In this document: in pieces, positions 26,817 through 38,888 of the stretch | How positions within the stretch are numbered: the first letter of the stretch is position 1 | Layout: each line of letters starts with the position of its first letter | Assembly: GCA_009602735.1 (NCBI GenBank) | Contig: WELA01001462.1 | Span: 238,895 to 302,894, forward strand | Length of the DNA stretch: 64,000 nucleotides | Direction of reading: 5' to 3' | Source: Mesotaenium endlicherianum | Lineage: Eukaryota | Program-made: the position numbers and the translations under genes | The notes under the pieces: model-generated | Database searches by the model: none | Told to the model about the DNA's origin: nothing | What the model saw: the letters and a program-made list of their open reading frames with translations, nothing else

Positions 26817-28521
26817 TTAAGCATTCCGAAATGTAGCGGCCCCTGGTGCATCTAAAATCCCGAAACGAGTGCCAGAGGCAGCTTGAAGTGCAATCAAAGA
26901 TAGGAACTCATATGCAACTTGTGCTCCGGCCTGCGCTGTGATATGGCCATGATCCATAGCAGGTAACACCTCCACAACATCTGCCCCTATCCAGGTAATG
27001 CCGGTGCAGGCCCTTAAGTAAGAAAGTCCTTGAAACGTACTGGGCCCCCCTATTTCAGGCGTACCTGTACCTGCAAAATGGAAAATGGAACGAAGGTGTG
27101 AAGCAGCACTCTTCAGAGAGAACAGATGAAGCATCCAGCCCATGCAAGTTGGTCTTTCCAAGCTAGGCGTCAACTATGCGCAGGACCCCACATAAGCTAC
27201 TCTTGATGATGGGCAAGGATACTTCGAAACTCAGATAAGTTGTAGCCATACCGAATCTAAGCGGGGCAACAGCCTGTGGTGCCTTTATATAAATTTTCTG
27301 TGATTCACACGCTGACCACATCTGAAGGTCTTCGAAATCAGAATGTACACTGGTTTCAACTTGAAAAACAGATCTTGGGTCAAAACAGACAAACGAGACA
27401 TACGGATCCAACTCTTCTGTGCAGCCAGCCTTGAAGGCATTCGAATATTGAAAAAGTTACTCCTGAAGCAGTGTGCGCGTCTGTAAGATTACAAGAAGCA
27501 AACAACATGCACACCTTAGAAGAGAGCTGGTACCTGGAGCAAATGCAGGGTCGAAGAAGTCCACATCGAAGGATAGAAAGGCCTTTGACTTTCCCACCCT
27601 CCTCCTGACAAGGTCCCCTATCTCGGCTGGTGTCTTTGCAAGCAGTTGCTGGGTAGTAAGAACCTCAAATCCAAAGTTTACAGCCATTTGGATGTCATCC
27701 GCAGAGTACACAGGTCCCCTCATACCCAGCTGGACGGACTTTTTAGGATCAATGAGTCCCTCTTCCAGCGCACGTCTGAATGGGGTTCCGTGAGTATACT
27801 TATGGCCAAAGTAAGAGTCCCACAGGTCGCCATGAGAATCGAAATGAACCAGGGCAAGAGGCCCGTGCACAAACGCCAGCGCACGAAGCTCCGCAAGCAC
27901 GACAGAATGGTCCCCCCCTATGCCGAGAGTGATGATGCCCTGCTCCGCAATGCTCCTCACAACATCTGTCATATTCTTATGACTATGCTCAATAAATCCC
28001 GGAGCCACGTCAGAATCACCATAGTCTATACAGGATAAGACTTCCAGTGTAGTGATCCCCAGCTCGTGATTGTGAGGGCGTAGTAGAGAAGAGGCACTCC
28101 GCACAGCTTCTGGCCCAAACCGTGCGCCAACTTTGTAGGTTGCCCCAGTGTCAAAGGGGAGCCCGACTATTGCGACGTCCACATCAGGTAGAGCTGGGCC
28201 TGGTAAGTACGGTAGGCGGGCGAAAGTCCGCACTCCAGCAAAGCGTGGGGACTTGAGAGCATCTACTGGTTTATAGCGTCCAGTGGGCGGCCTTCCTGCC
28301 ATGTACGCTCTTATCCTAATGGGCGTGACAGGAGCTGTTGGCGGAGATACCTTCTTGATGGTATCTTCTTTTTCATCTACCTTTGACTGGACGTTTGACA
28401 CCATGCGAGATAGCCTAGGATACGCCACTCCTTCATCAGGTTCATCCGCCAGCAAGCATGTAGGTAAGACGACGAGAAAGTGCAGCAGCAGGAGCGGAAC
28501 AAGCCCGTACTTGGACGCCAT
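26817..28521 (-). CDS. Agmatinase-family ureohydrolase with N-terminal signal peptide; exons 28521-27534 and 27070-26817 (413 aa)
   Basis: Motifs SPRFAGVRTFARLP, GARFGP, GGDHS, DSHGD (DxHxD), HGTPF, SFDVDFFDPAFAP|GTGTPE, GADVVEV. One GT-AG intron 27533-27071 restores the frame. Hydrophobic N-terminus LVPLLLLHFLVVLPTCLLA. Confidence 0.93.
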
Positions 28522-29957
28522 ATCCTCCTAACACCAATGGAGGCAATTCAAGAGAGCCAACGGTACATTTCGTAGGCTGTATAAGCTTACTGCATGAAAA
28601 GTCAAATTCACGAGAATAATACCAAATTTGTGCAGACACTATCCGTCTTCTACAAGTGCATTTTACCGCCTATATGTTGTGCTCCTCATTTTAGCTGCAA
28701 AGGCTAGCATACAGGCCCTGCAATTCTTGTCTACCACTAGAACAATTTGTATAGGAGACTTCCCACAGGGTTCGAAGGCCACAATGCTATAATTCCCGAA
28801 AAATTATAGGATTGTGATACGATAAATGCTTGTTTGTTAGCCTTAAGCATACATACCATGCACGCTCTTCCGAATATTAACCATCTCATTTACAGTCGGG
28901 AAAGCCTACTACTGACAACCTTCAAGAACGAATTCAGAGGAAGTGCACTGCAACACTGGCATCTTCATTGCACTAAAGTCAACTAGCTTTGTCGATTCCC
29001 TGTCCTCAAACAATGGCCTGTTGTGAGTTTCCACGTATGAATCTGAATCATGGAGGCAGGCTGGGGCAGGTTGTGGAAGGCAGTCGGAAGCGGTGGGAAG
29101 GTCATGACGTGACCTGTCGTGACTCGTGACATGTGGTGGGAATGGGTCGAACCTTGTAGGACCAGGTAGACCTGCTTTTGTCATAATGTACCCACTTTGT
29201 TCGATACAATTGGATCAGTCAAACAAAGTCAACTTAAATCACCTCAACTCGACCGCACAAACTAGACGTTTGTCAATGCATGTCAACCCTCCTCTTATTC
29301 AGGTTTGTCTTCTCGACGTCAAAGTATTACCATTCGAGGCCATTGTAATTGGAGGAAAGTGATGATGACTGCTTGTATTTCTCGGGAACTCAGAATGTCT
29401 GTACAATTCTTTGAGGCGACTTTTGTAGTCGTCACAGGAAGCTTCAATGAGCTTTATGGCCTAAAAGTAGGTTTGCTTGTTAGCGTGTTCTATGCGACAT
29501 GAGTCGCTTAAGATAAGATCTACTCCTAAGGTTAATGTTTATTATTTAGATTCTTAGTGGACGTTTAGTGTCGGCTCTATCGGACTAGTGGTGCGCGAAA
29601 ATCTGGTCAATCACTCGTGTGGATGGTGTAATAAAGATCATGCAGCCACCACATACCAACTTTTAGTGATATGCGCAACTTTTAGTTTCACACTATTCTA
29701 CGGCCCATTTTTTGGTTGTCATTAAAACGCCCCTCATGCAATATGTGACGAGAAAATCAGTAAAGGTCTTCGCTTGTGTGAGCTTTGGCTCGTAGTTACG
29801 TTCAGAAATTCATGTGTGTTTCGCGTCTAAATCGACGCGAAAGCGTTTAACCATGATCGCGCTTTTTTTCTGCAGCCCGCCCTTTGGCGTCCGCCAAAAA
29901 GTAGGATTTCGCAACAAATTGGGCCTCTTCTTTGCTTAGACTGAGCGCCCTTGGGGC

Positions 29958-31632
29958 CCTAGTTTGAAAATCCGCCGTATACGGCGTACACGCGTCAATG
30001 TACAGCACGTACGTGCGGTACGTGTAGTTGGAAATTATACGCCTTAATACGGGCGAATATGCCTCTGTCGGTCAATTAAACCGGACAGCGTTATAACCGC
30101 ATGCGGAAACGTGTGAGTCTGACACCGAAGACGGGGAAGAAAATAGTTTTTGTTTTTTGAAAACGATTGGTCTAGTCACCTACTTGCACGTAGCTTATGT
30201 GACGACTTTGTGTCGTGGCAAACTACATAATTGTAGTGACCTGGTTCAACAGTATTGGTTACGATGGGCTCACGCTCAACAACTCTGTACTATGGCAGGT
30301 GTGCTACCCGACACAAGTCGTAAGCCAAGGGACAAACGCAAAAGGGACGCGGCCAAATAATTGCTCTTTTCCATCACTGTTCGATGCAATCGCCCTTCGC
30401 TCGAACTGTGTTTAACGCTCGCTACGGGCAAGTATTAACACAGAATACGTAAAAGACAATGCTTAACGCGGACGTTAAGTTCTTTTTAAGGGGGGAGGAG
30501 TGTAACGATCTGAGCTTTTTAGGCGTATTTAGACGGTATTTCTAATCACCTAAAAGACGTTATACTTTTGTATTGTACAAGATTGCATGTTTATTGAATT
30601 ATTTCGACACACACGTGTGCCGACTAATTTCCGGTCAATTGGCGAAACGACCCGAATGCTATTGCAAAAAGAATCGTGAAGTAATTCGATTACTTCGCAA
30701 AAGGATAACGTAATTAATCACAAAGTTACTTTGATTAATTATGATGGAATCAATTAAGGATTGATTACCTTATTTTGACTGTCACTATTTGGAATATTAA
30801 GAGTCATTGTTTTCGGTTAACGACGCATCGTTAACTCGAAAGAAAACACAAAATTGTGGCCCAAGGGAGCCACCGGTCAGAATCGAACCCGCGACCTCCC
30901 GGTCGTCAAGTCGCAATCCAAAAATTGTTGTAAAGTCGAACGAAACATAATATGCAAAGTTACTTTGCATTTCGGCGGATTCAAACCCGCGACCTTTCGT
31001 TTGATTCGTTCACACCTAACCGACTTGGCCAAAAGTAGTTATTATAACTGCCGGTTCATGTCCGATAAATCTGTACGCGACCTCGCGAACGGTCGCGACT
31101 TTGCGAAAAGTCGCGTGAACGCGGAAACGCCCGTTTGGCGTGAAACGGTTTTTTGGAAACTGTCGAAAAGTCTCCAAACGGCCAAACGGCGCGTTACGAG
31201 CATTCAGCCGAACAGGTTATACCCCTTCGCCTGTTTTTGTTAACATGAACCAGTGCCCTAGGTGGTGACTCGAAGCACTCCAGTGCCTCATGTTGTGCGA
31301 GTATATATGCGTGCAAGAGTCATTGTGAGTGCAACTCTCACAAGCAAAAATTCTACTTTAGTTTTCATTTTCGCTTTCACAAGGAGTGTCTATTTTCTCA
31401 AAGTTATCGCTATTTCATTTTCGCTAATATTAAATTATCCTTGAATACCGAGCGAAGATCCTTGTGAGAAGCAGAAACGCTACAAGCTAAAACAAATAAA
31501 ACATGTGCTATACAATGATAACAATTATATCGATTTTGCTCTATATGCGAATATTGACGTACGGGAATACGGCGTATCGCGATACGTACTGTACGCCCAA
31601 TTTGGCCTGTACGGACAAATTTTCAAAGTAGG
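29958..31632. mobile_element. Non-autonomous hAT-type DNA transposon
   Basis: 14-bp terminal inverted repeats CCTAGTTTGAAAAT / ATTTTCAAAGTAGG (1 mismatch); perfect 8-bp TSD CTTGGGGC at 29950-29957 and 31633-31640; subterminal TACGGCGTA motifs at both ends. Confidence 0.85.
30501..31381. mobile_element. Solo LTR (family E) nested in the hAT element
   Basis: Begins TGTAAC, ends TTTCACA, flanked by 5-bp direct repeat AGGAG (30496-30500 and 31382-31386). Confidence 0.7.
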
Positions 31633-33565
31633 CTTGGGGCTTTTTGTGAGCGGCCATGGCGAAGAGGAGCGAGGCAAATTTGTGCCTGGGTTGCTAGGTA
31701 ACTCGTGATAGGGGCATGGGAGTGGGCGCTCACGCTCGTTTGATAGGTTTGTGGGTGCAAAGATTGAGAGCGCATGAAAGAAGTCAGCCATGGCCGCTCG
31801 TTGTGGTAGGCAGCCATGGCCGCCTGCTTGTTATGAGGGTGTTGAGAGAGAGAGAGGCCAGTATCGCCTTCTTCAGGTTGTGGAGGCGCTGTGGGTAGTG
31901 GCCATCCTGTCGCATCCACTCTGGCTGGGTTGATGCCCTTGGTCCATCTCCATTTTTTAACCATTTTTAGATTTTTCGCGGTAACTCCAATTGGCTCTCT
32001 TATTGGTGGCGCACCTCGACACAGCGTTGTTGTTGCAATTCAGTGAGTTAGGCACGCAAAGCAAAGTCTTCAGTCATAAGCTTCAGGACCTCCTTCATAT
32101 TGCGCATATCCTTCTTGCAACTGACTTTGACACTGCAGGTGTCGGTGTTGCCTTTCCTCTTCTTCAGAGCTTGATGCCGCACTTGTGATTGGTAGATATC
32201 CATCTCAGCAATCTTTAGCTGCAAGCCTTTTTCACCTTCAATTTCCATGATTTATTTGGATAAATCGGGTGCAATGCCCAAAGTTCCTTGTAGAGCTCCT
32301 CATCTTTTGATCTGGCCTCAAGACGACTTTAGTTAAAGCTTGTAAGTGAAATCTCCTTCCGTGTATCAAAATGTAACGATCCGCCGCGTGGCCGGATGCG
32401 GCGCGTGCAACACGTCGCGGATGCCACCGCAAGTGTCGGGTGGGTAAGAACCCCCCTATTGCTAAGTGGGGAAAAAGCCCACATGCCTTCTTGGAATGAG
32501 CAAAAAAAATACTTATAACAGGACTAAACTAACACCTAGAGAGAGAGTCTGTAATAGAGCACCAGTAGTGAGCATGAATTATGAAACATATGTGACGAGT
32601 CTATGGTCTGAGTCGACTAAGATAGCGAGTAGACTTCATTGTTATGTGAAATGAATCGACTTACCAAATAGGAAATTAACAGTTCATGAAGATCTGTATA
32701 TTAGCAAGTAATCTTTATGGTATTTTGTGTTAATTGAGTCAATAGCAAAAGACAACACACTAGCAGTGTACAATACTCGCAAGTCAAATGGAAGTAAACT
32801 AGCACCAATAATGCAATCAGTAAACTCGTACATAAGCAAGGCTAGAAGACAGTGCATATCAATGGCTTCTCGCCTTGGATTCAGATCTCTCTTCGTAAGT
32901 AGGACAAGAGAGTTGGCCTCGTTTCCAAATGCCGAACTCGAGAGCAATACCTAGCATATGTACATGGAATGAGTTTACTGTTCAACGGCCAGTGCGATGG
33001 CACCGCCTTCCCGGGAGTTAACCACGTTGGAAGGACCTCAGTTAACCAAATCCACCACCATCTCCCATCATCCGAATCGCCATCCATCCTAAGGATGTCA
33101 TTTGGCCATTCATCTAGCACACCACACTTAGATGCCTATCTAGGCAGTTCGCTCTACCGAGTACGGAAGTCAGCTGGCTGTCAAAGCATGTGTCAGCAAG
33201 CCGACCTAAGTTGACTTCAGCCGGCTGCTCCCGGCTGAGTCATTAAACCGATTATCTTATAAGGTCCAGCAGACTCAATATTAACTAAAGTTCAGCAGGC
33301 TGAACTTATTTAACTATTATATTCAAATAAATATTTTATCTACCAATATACTGATTCATTACAATCCCTCCAATTTAACAGGTTATCGCCTCGACAACAC
33401 TAACACTGGGTACATGATTTTCCCAAACTGAAAGTACTGATCTCCCTCCCACCGCCTCTTGCTCCAACACTGATGCCTAACTGTGGGGATCACTAGTAAC
33501 AGTGTGCTGTCCCTCCGCCCTCCGCCTACTGCCCTTATGAGGGAGATGTTATTGGGGCTCTACTG

Positions 33566-35200
33566 TCAAGGGAGCAAGATCGGGAGCCAGACCTGCGTTG
33601 GGGTCTCCTGAAGCCTGGGGCTCCGAGCAGGGAGAACCAAGGAGGAACGCATTAACTGGGCTGTTTCCTCCTGCACAGTCTGAAAATGAAAGGAGGCAGC
33701 CTTCTCCTGGGCATCCCTCAAACTGACAGGCACATATCCCGACATCCCAGAAGGATGTTGCAAGACATGAGCCAAAAGCACATGTCCTCTTTGTGAGGAA
33801 AATACTGGCAAGCCACTGGCAATTTCTCTAGCAGCCCTCCTGTCTGCCCTCTCTGGCTTGGTCTCTGCGCCTGCAGATGGGCTCTGTCCTCTGGCAGTTC
33901 CCAGCCACGAGATATCTTCCTCTTCAGCGAGCTGGTGCAGGGCTACGTCTGCCCTGGCCAACCCAATCTTCTCCATTACAGGGGATGTGGCAGGTGTCTG
34001 GGTCACAGCGGGGCTAGTGTCCTCTTCCTCGCCTTCCTCCTCTTTTTCCTCTGACTCCTCCTCTTCTCCCCCTGGCTCCTCTGAGACTGCTGGGTTCTCC
34101 TCTGTCAGCTGCTCCAGCTCTTCCCGAGAAAAAAAACACCCCACTGACCTTCCCCTTTTGGGTGCTGGTGGGGGCTGTTGAGTCCTGACCGCATACAGAT
34201 CTTTCTCTCCCTGCTTGCTTGCCCATATGGCATAAGCGTGCTTCCCTTTAGAGAATGACTCTCGGGCCCTGCTCCTGTCCTCCTGCATTTCTTGACTCAT
34301 GCAGTCTCTTACTCCATCCAATCTTGGGTCCCAAGCTGCAATGTGAGGGGGCAACACTATGTTCCCCTTTATGTCTGTTAGGAAATCTTCCTCCCCTGCC
34401 CTTTCATGTTGCTGATCCCTCATGTTGATGGTCATCCACCGCCAATCGGTGGGCTTTTGGAAGAAAACAGGGTCTGTCCTTTCCAGCGTCCAACGGTACC
34501 AATACCCTGCAAAGTCTAGCTGACTGGTTTCCCTGGCCAAGAATTCCCAGCTCCTTCTCTCCACCTCATTATACATGGCCTTGGACCTGTTATGGGATGT
34601 AGAGTCCTTAAAGCTGCCGCGTCCATAGGGATCATTATGATGACCCTATCTTTCCCCCAGATCCCCGAAATCGATACAGCTCCTTCCTCATCCACTTGGG
34701 CCATTGCCTTGGCCTCTCTGACCGTATATCCTATCATCCTTGCATAATCGTGGTAGAGGAGGAGTCCTGTGCTGACCTCTATATACTTGTCAAAGTTTTC
34801 GAATGTTTCCCCTTCCCTTTGCAGGATGTCCTTCTGTGACGCGCTGCAACTTCTCTAGGCATACTTGAAGGCCTCCTCCAGTAGATCAAAGCCCTTGCCC
34901 AGCACTGTGTAGCGGTAGCTGCTGATTCTCCTCTGTTCTTCTTCTTCAGCCTGCTGCTTCCGCCTCTCTTCAGCTTGCCTCTCCTCCTCTGCTTTCTTGG
35001 CCTCCTCTGCAACTTTTCTGTCCAGTTCTTCCTGCCTCAGTCTGGCCTGTTCCTCCTCCTCCTTCTTCTTCTGTGCCTCCCGCTATTGTTGGAGTCGTTG
35101 TGATTCCCGAGCGGAGATGGAGGATGATTTGATGTCGCCACGGAATTGCAAGTATTATGCATGTGCCTCTTCCGCTCTTCTCTTCCTCTTAAGTTTCGAC
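33566..35200 (-). pseudogene. Extra ORF between pol and the 3' LTR of chromovirus A, unknown function
   Basis: 336-aa ORF 34576-33566 (Trp-rich part, acidic tract), preceded by a broken charged coiled-coil-like frame (KKKEEEEQARLRQEELDRK) at ~35080-34860. The 5' boundary is approximate. Confidence 0.55.
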
Positions 35201-35585
35201 TTCTGAGTCATCCTGCTCAATCATAAACATAATGCAGTCAGTGAAGTCATGGTACTTTGCCGCTACTGAGTACTTTTGGTGGAGAAGAACGTGGTAGGGA
35301 GAATTCCAAGTGTGTAATACCTTGTGTGAGTGAGTAGAAGAGGAGAATTGAGTCAGAGAGAAAAAGTGAGTGTGAGCGCACGTTGAGTGTGTAAAATGAC
35401 TACACAAGAATTTGCCTGGCTGATTTCGAGGCGGAACACACTCCCTCCAACTTAATATTAAGGTGGGCTGCCTGTCACAACTGTCACTATCTGTCACTTA
35501 CTGTCACGTTTAACTGTCACGTTCCTCTCCAACTTATTTGGAGACAGGACCTCCTGTCACCTGTCCATGGCGACTGAAATGACTG

Positions 35586-38500
35586 TTAGGGAGAAGTGCC
35601 AGCCCCCCGAAGGTGGAACCGCTTCAACGCCCCTTTAGCAGTGATCAGCTGGTCTTTAAATTCCCAAGTGTCCCCAGAGGCATCGTACCCCTTCCATCTG
35701 ACTAGGTACTTCATGACATAATTAGATGATTGACGGACAAAGCGAGCGTCTAAATTCTCCTCGACCTCATATTCCTCAGGGTCACCATCGCGCACAGCGG
35801 GGACCGGTCCCGGTTGGACAGGTAATTGACCTGTGAACAATGTGTCACCTTTGATGTACGGTTCAAGGAAGGAGACATTAAAGACGGGATGACCCTTGTA
35901 TTCTGCTGACATGTTCAGTTTGTAAGTATTTTGACCAACACGGCGCACCACCGAATATGGACCGACCCAGACCGGACCAAGCTTTTTCTTGACCACACCA
36001 GGAAGGTACAGGTAATGAGAATGCAGTTTGACCAAATCGCCCTTAGAGAATGTCAGCTCTCGACGGTGCTCATTAGCGTATTTTTGTTGATTTTCTTGGG
36101 CTTTCTGCAGGTTCTGTTGGACTTCTGACAGGGTGTCAGCAAAACTCCTGGGTTAAATGTAGGGAGACCGAATGGTCAATCCCTTCAGGGTGAGTTAAAG
36201 ACTCCCCCAGTACATCTAAAGGAGACTTAGGGACTCTACCCAGGCTCAATTCAAAAGGAGTCTTGCCCGTTGACGCGTGCACCGCACTGTTGACCGCAAA
36301 CTGGATTTGAGGCAACAGGTCGTCCCAATTGTCTTATTTTTGGTTAATATATGCTCTCAACACCTCTTGCAGAACTCGGTTAGTTCTTTCAGTCAACCCA
36401 TCAGTCTGAGGGTGGTTTGCCGTGCTGAGCAGCTGTTTGACTCCCATTAACCCCATTAAAGCTCTCCAGAACTTAGAGGTAAATTTTGAGTCTCTGTCTG
36501 AGATGATATTAGAGGGTAGCCCATGTTGGCATACTACATGGTTGTAGAACTGTCTCGCTGTTTCGAGTGCAGTGACTTTGACAGTTGTGGGGATAACAAT
36601 GACCATTTTTGTCAATTTATCCACCACTACCAGTATAGAATCATGCCCATTGGCAGTTCGTGGTAGTGTTACCACCCAGTCCATGGATATTGTTTTCCTG
36701 CGTCCAACTGGGATGGGCAATGGTTGTAAGAGACCCCCCCGTGGTGTGTGCCTAGACTTATTTCTCAGACACTGATCACAGGACTTAACATATTTCAAGA
36801 CCTCCCGAGGCAACCCATCCCAATGATAATGTTTTGCCAGTTTGCCAACAATTTTGGCCTGCCCCAAATGCCCAGCCTGTAATTTGTCATGCGCTTGACT
36901 TAGTAAGAGGGACCTTATTTCCAAGTTATTGGGAATGACCAGCTTCAGCCTGCCTGAAGTGGTTTCAGTCACCCAAACCCCTCCCTTAAGCCTATATCGG
37001 AGTGCAGTAGCAGGACACACACCATCAGTGGGGCTGGGCTCAAATGTTGAGTCAGAAAGGTAGGCTTTTCTAAGTTGTTCAAGGAAGGACTTCTTCACCT
37101 TTAGTGAAGTGAGGGCTCACAGGACTTTATCTACAGCATGCTGACTAAAGTTCCTTTCTTGCAAGTCAGGTCTTCTAGAGAGTACATCAGCAGGATTTAA
37201 CTTTCCTGGTTTGTAGTCAATCTGGACTTGGAACTGCTCCAGCATCTGGCTCCAGCGGTTCTCCCTCCTCGACAGCTGGACTTCTTCTGAAAGTGAGTCA
37301 GAGCTTGATGATCTGTAATCACCTTAAAAGCTTTACCATGTCAGTATGCTCTCCCCTGTTTTAGCACATGAATGATAGCAAGCAGCTCTTTATCATGCAT
37401 GAAATAGTTAATTTCATCTGGGTTGTATTTCATAGACTCATACAGCACAGGGTGCCACTCCTGCCGTACCTTACCATCCTTTGCAATTTTGTGAGCAGGC
37501 TGCTACAAAATAACTCCCATGGCAAAGTCAGAAGCATCAGGAAGCACCTGCACAAATTTGCTGGGGTCATACACGACTAGCTCTGGGGCAGAACAAAGAG
37601 CATCTTTAAGGGTCTGGAAGGCAGCCTGTTGCTCTTCCCTCCACACATACCCTACATCTTTCTTAGGAAGGTCAGTCAATTTACTGGCCTTTGTAGAATA
37701 ATTCTCATTAAATTTCTTATAGTAGTTAGCCAACCCAAAGAAGGATCTAACTTTGGAGACAGATTGTGGTACAGGCCAGTCCCTTGTGGTGTGGACTTTC
37801 TTAGGATCCACCCTGACGCCTTCTTTACTGACAACGTGGCCTAAGAAATCAATACTTTCCTTGAAGAAATCACACTTGCTCATTTTAGCGTATAATTGAT
37901 TTCTTCTCGGAGTGTCCATGACTGTCCTTAAGTGTTCAACATGTTGAGCTTCATCTTAAAAGAAAATCAAAATATCATCCAAGAAGACTTGCACAAATTT
38001 ATCCAAATAAGGTCAAAAAATGTCATTCATGGCACCCATGAAGGTTGCAGGAGCATTAGTCAGTCCAAATGGCATCACGTTGAACTCATAGTGTCCATAA
38101 CGTGTGCAGAAGGCAGTCTTGTCTTCATCTCCCTCAGTAATTCTGATACAATGATAACCACTCTTGAGATCTATCTTACTGAACACTTTAGCACCAGACA
38201 GGGTATCAAGCAAGTCCTCGATTCTGGGTAAAGCATACTTGTTCTTTACGGTAATTCTGTTAAGAGCTCGGTGATCGACACTCATCCGCATACTCCCATC
38301 CTTTTTCTTAACAAATAGGATGGGTGCCCCATACGGTGAGGGGGAAAAATAACCATTTTCCTCAAGCTCTGCAATCTGTATTTTCAACTCTTCGCTCTCC
38401 ACATAAGACAAGCCATAAGTGCGTTGCCAGGTTGGCTGACTCCCCGGTAATAAATCAATCTTGTGATCTACATCCCTCTTAGGGGGTAGTCCTGGAGGCA

Positions 38501-38888
38501 TATTAAAACATCATAGTACGGAGCAACGATTTTTGCAGCAGTAGGGTGCTCCGGAGGGCTTACCTTTTTCTCAACCACTTTTTCAGGATAAGGAGGTACC
38601 TCTCGTAGCAGCAGACAGAACATTCTGTCTTCCTTCTGCTCCCAGCTTTCGATGAATTCCATTGCATTCAGCAATTTGCATCCTCCTGGAAGCCTATTCT
38701 TTTCCTTCATTTGCCATCCATACAGGACAAGAGGAAGAGCACTGGTGGGTGCCAAGTTAGTCTGCACATCACTGGCTCCTCTCACTTTAACTGTACCTCT
38801 GCTCCAATACACTTCAGCTTGATGTCTAGTGAGCCTAGCACGAGACCATAAAAGCCAGTGTTGAGTACCTCAAATGTAAGCGTTTCAG
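35586..38888 (-). pseudogene. pol of chromovirus A: protease C-terminal half, RT, RNase H, integrase, chromodomain (frameshifted)
   Basis: [44 protein letters not shown] (~37975), DASDFA, HHCC (HDKLQAGH..CDQC), ISMDWV / ISDRD / GLTER, WVGPY, and chromodomain YEVEENLD..KYLVRWKGY..DTWE. Confidence 0.95.

Noticed and set aside
26817..28521. Bacterial contamination as source of the agmatinase
   Set aside because: It has a spliceosomal intron that restores the frame and is contiguous with eukaryotic genes.
30488..30500. Polypurine run before TGTAAC suggesting a PPT and a full element
   Set aside because: AGGAG is repeated after the LTR end as a TSD and there is no upstream pol, so a solo LTR fits better.
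30857..31035. Functional tRNA genes
   Set aside because: No proper acceptor and anticodon stems; kept only as tRNA-like modules.
31641..32371. Short minus-strand ORF fragments
   Set aside because: No recognisable domain; probably decayed transposon sequence.
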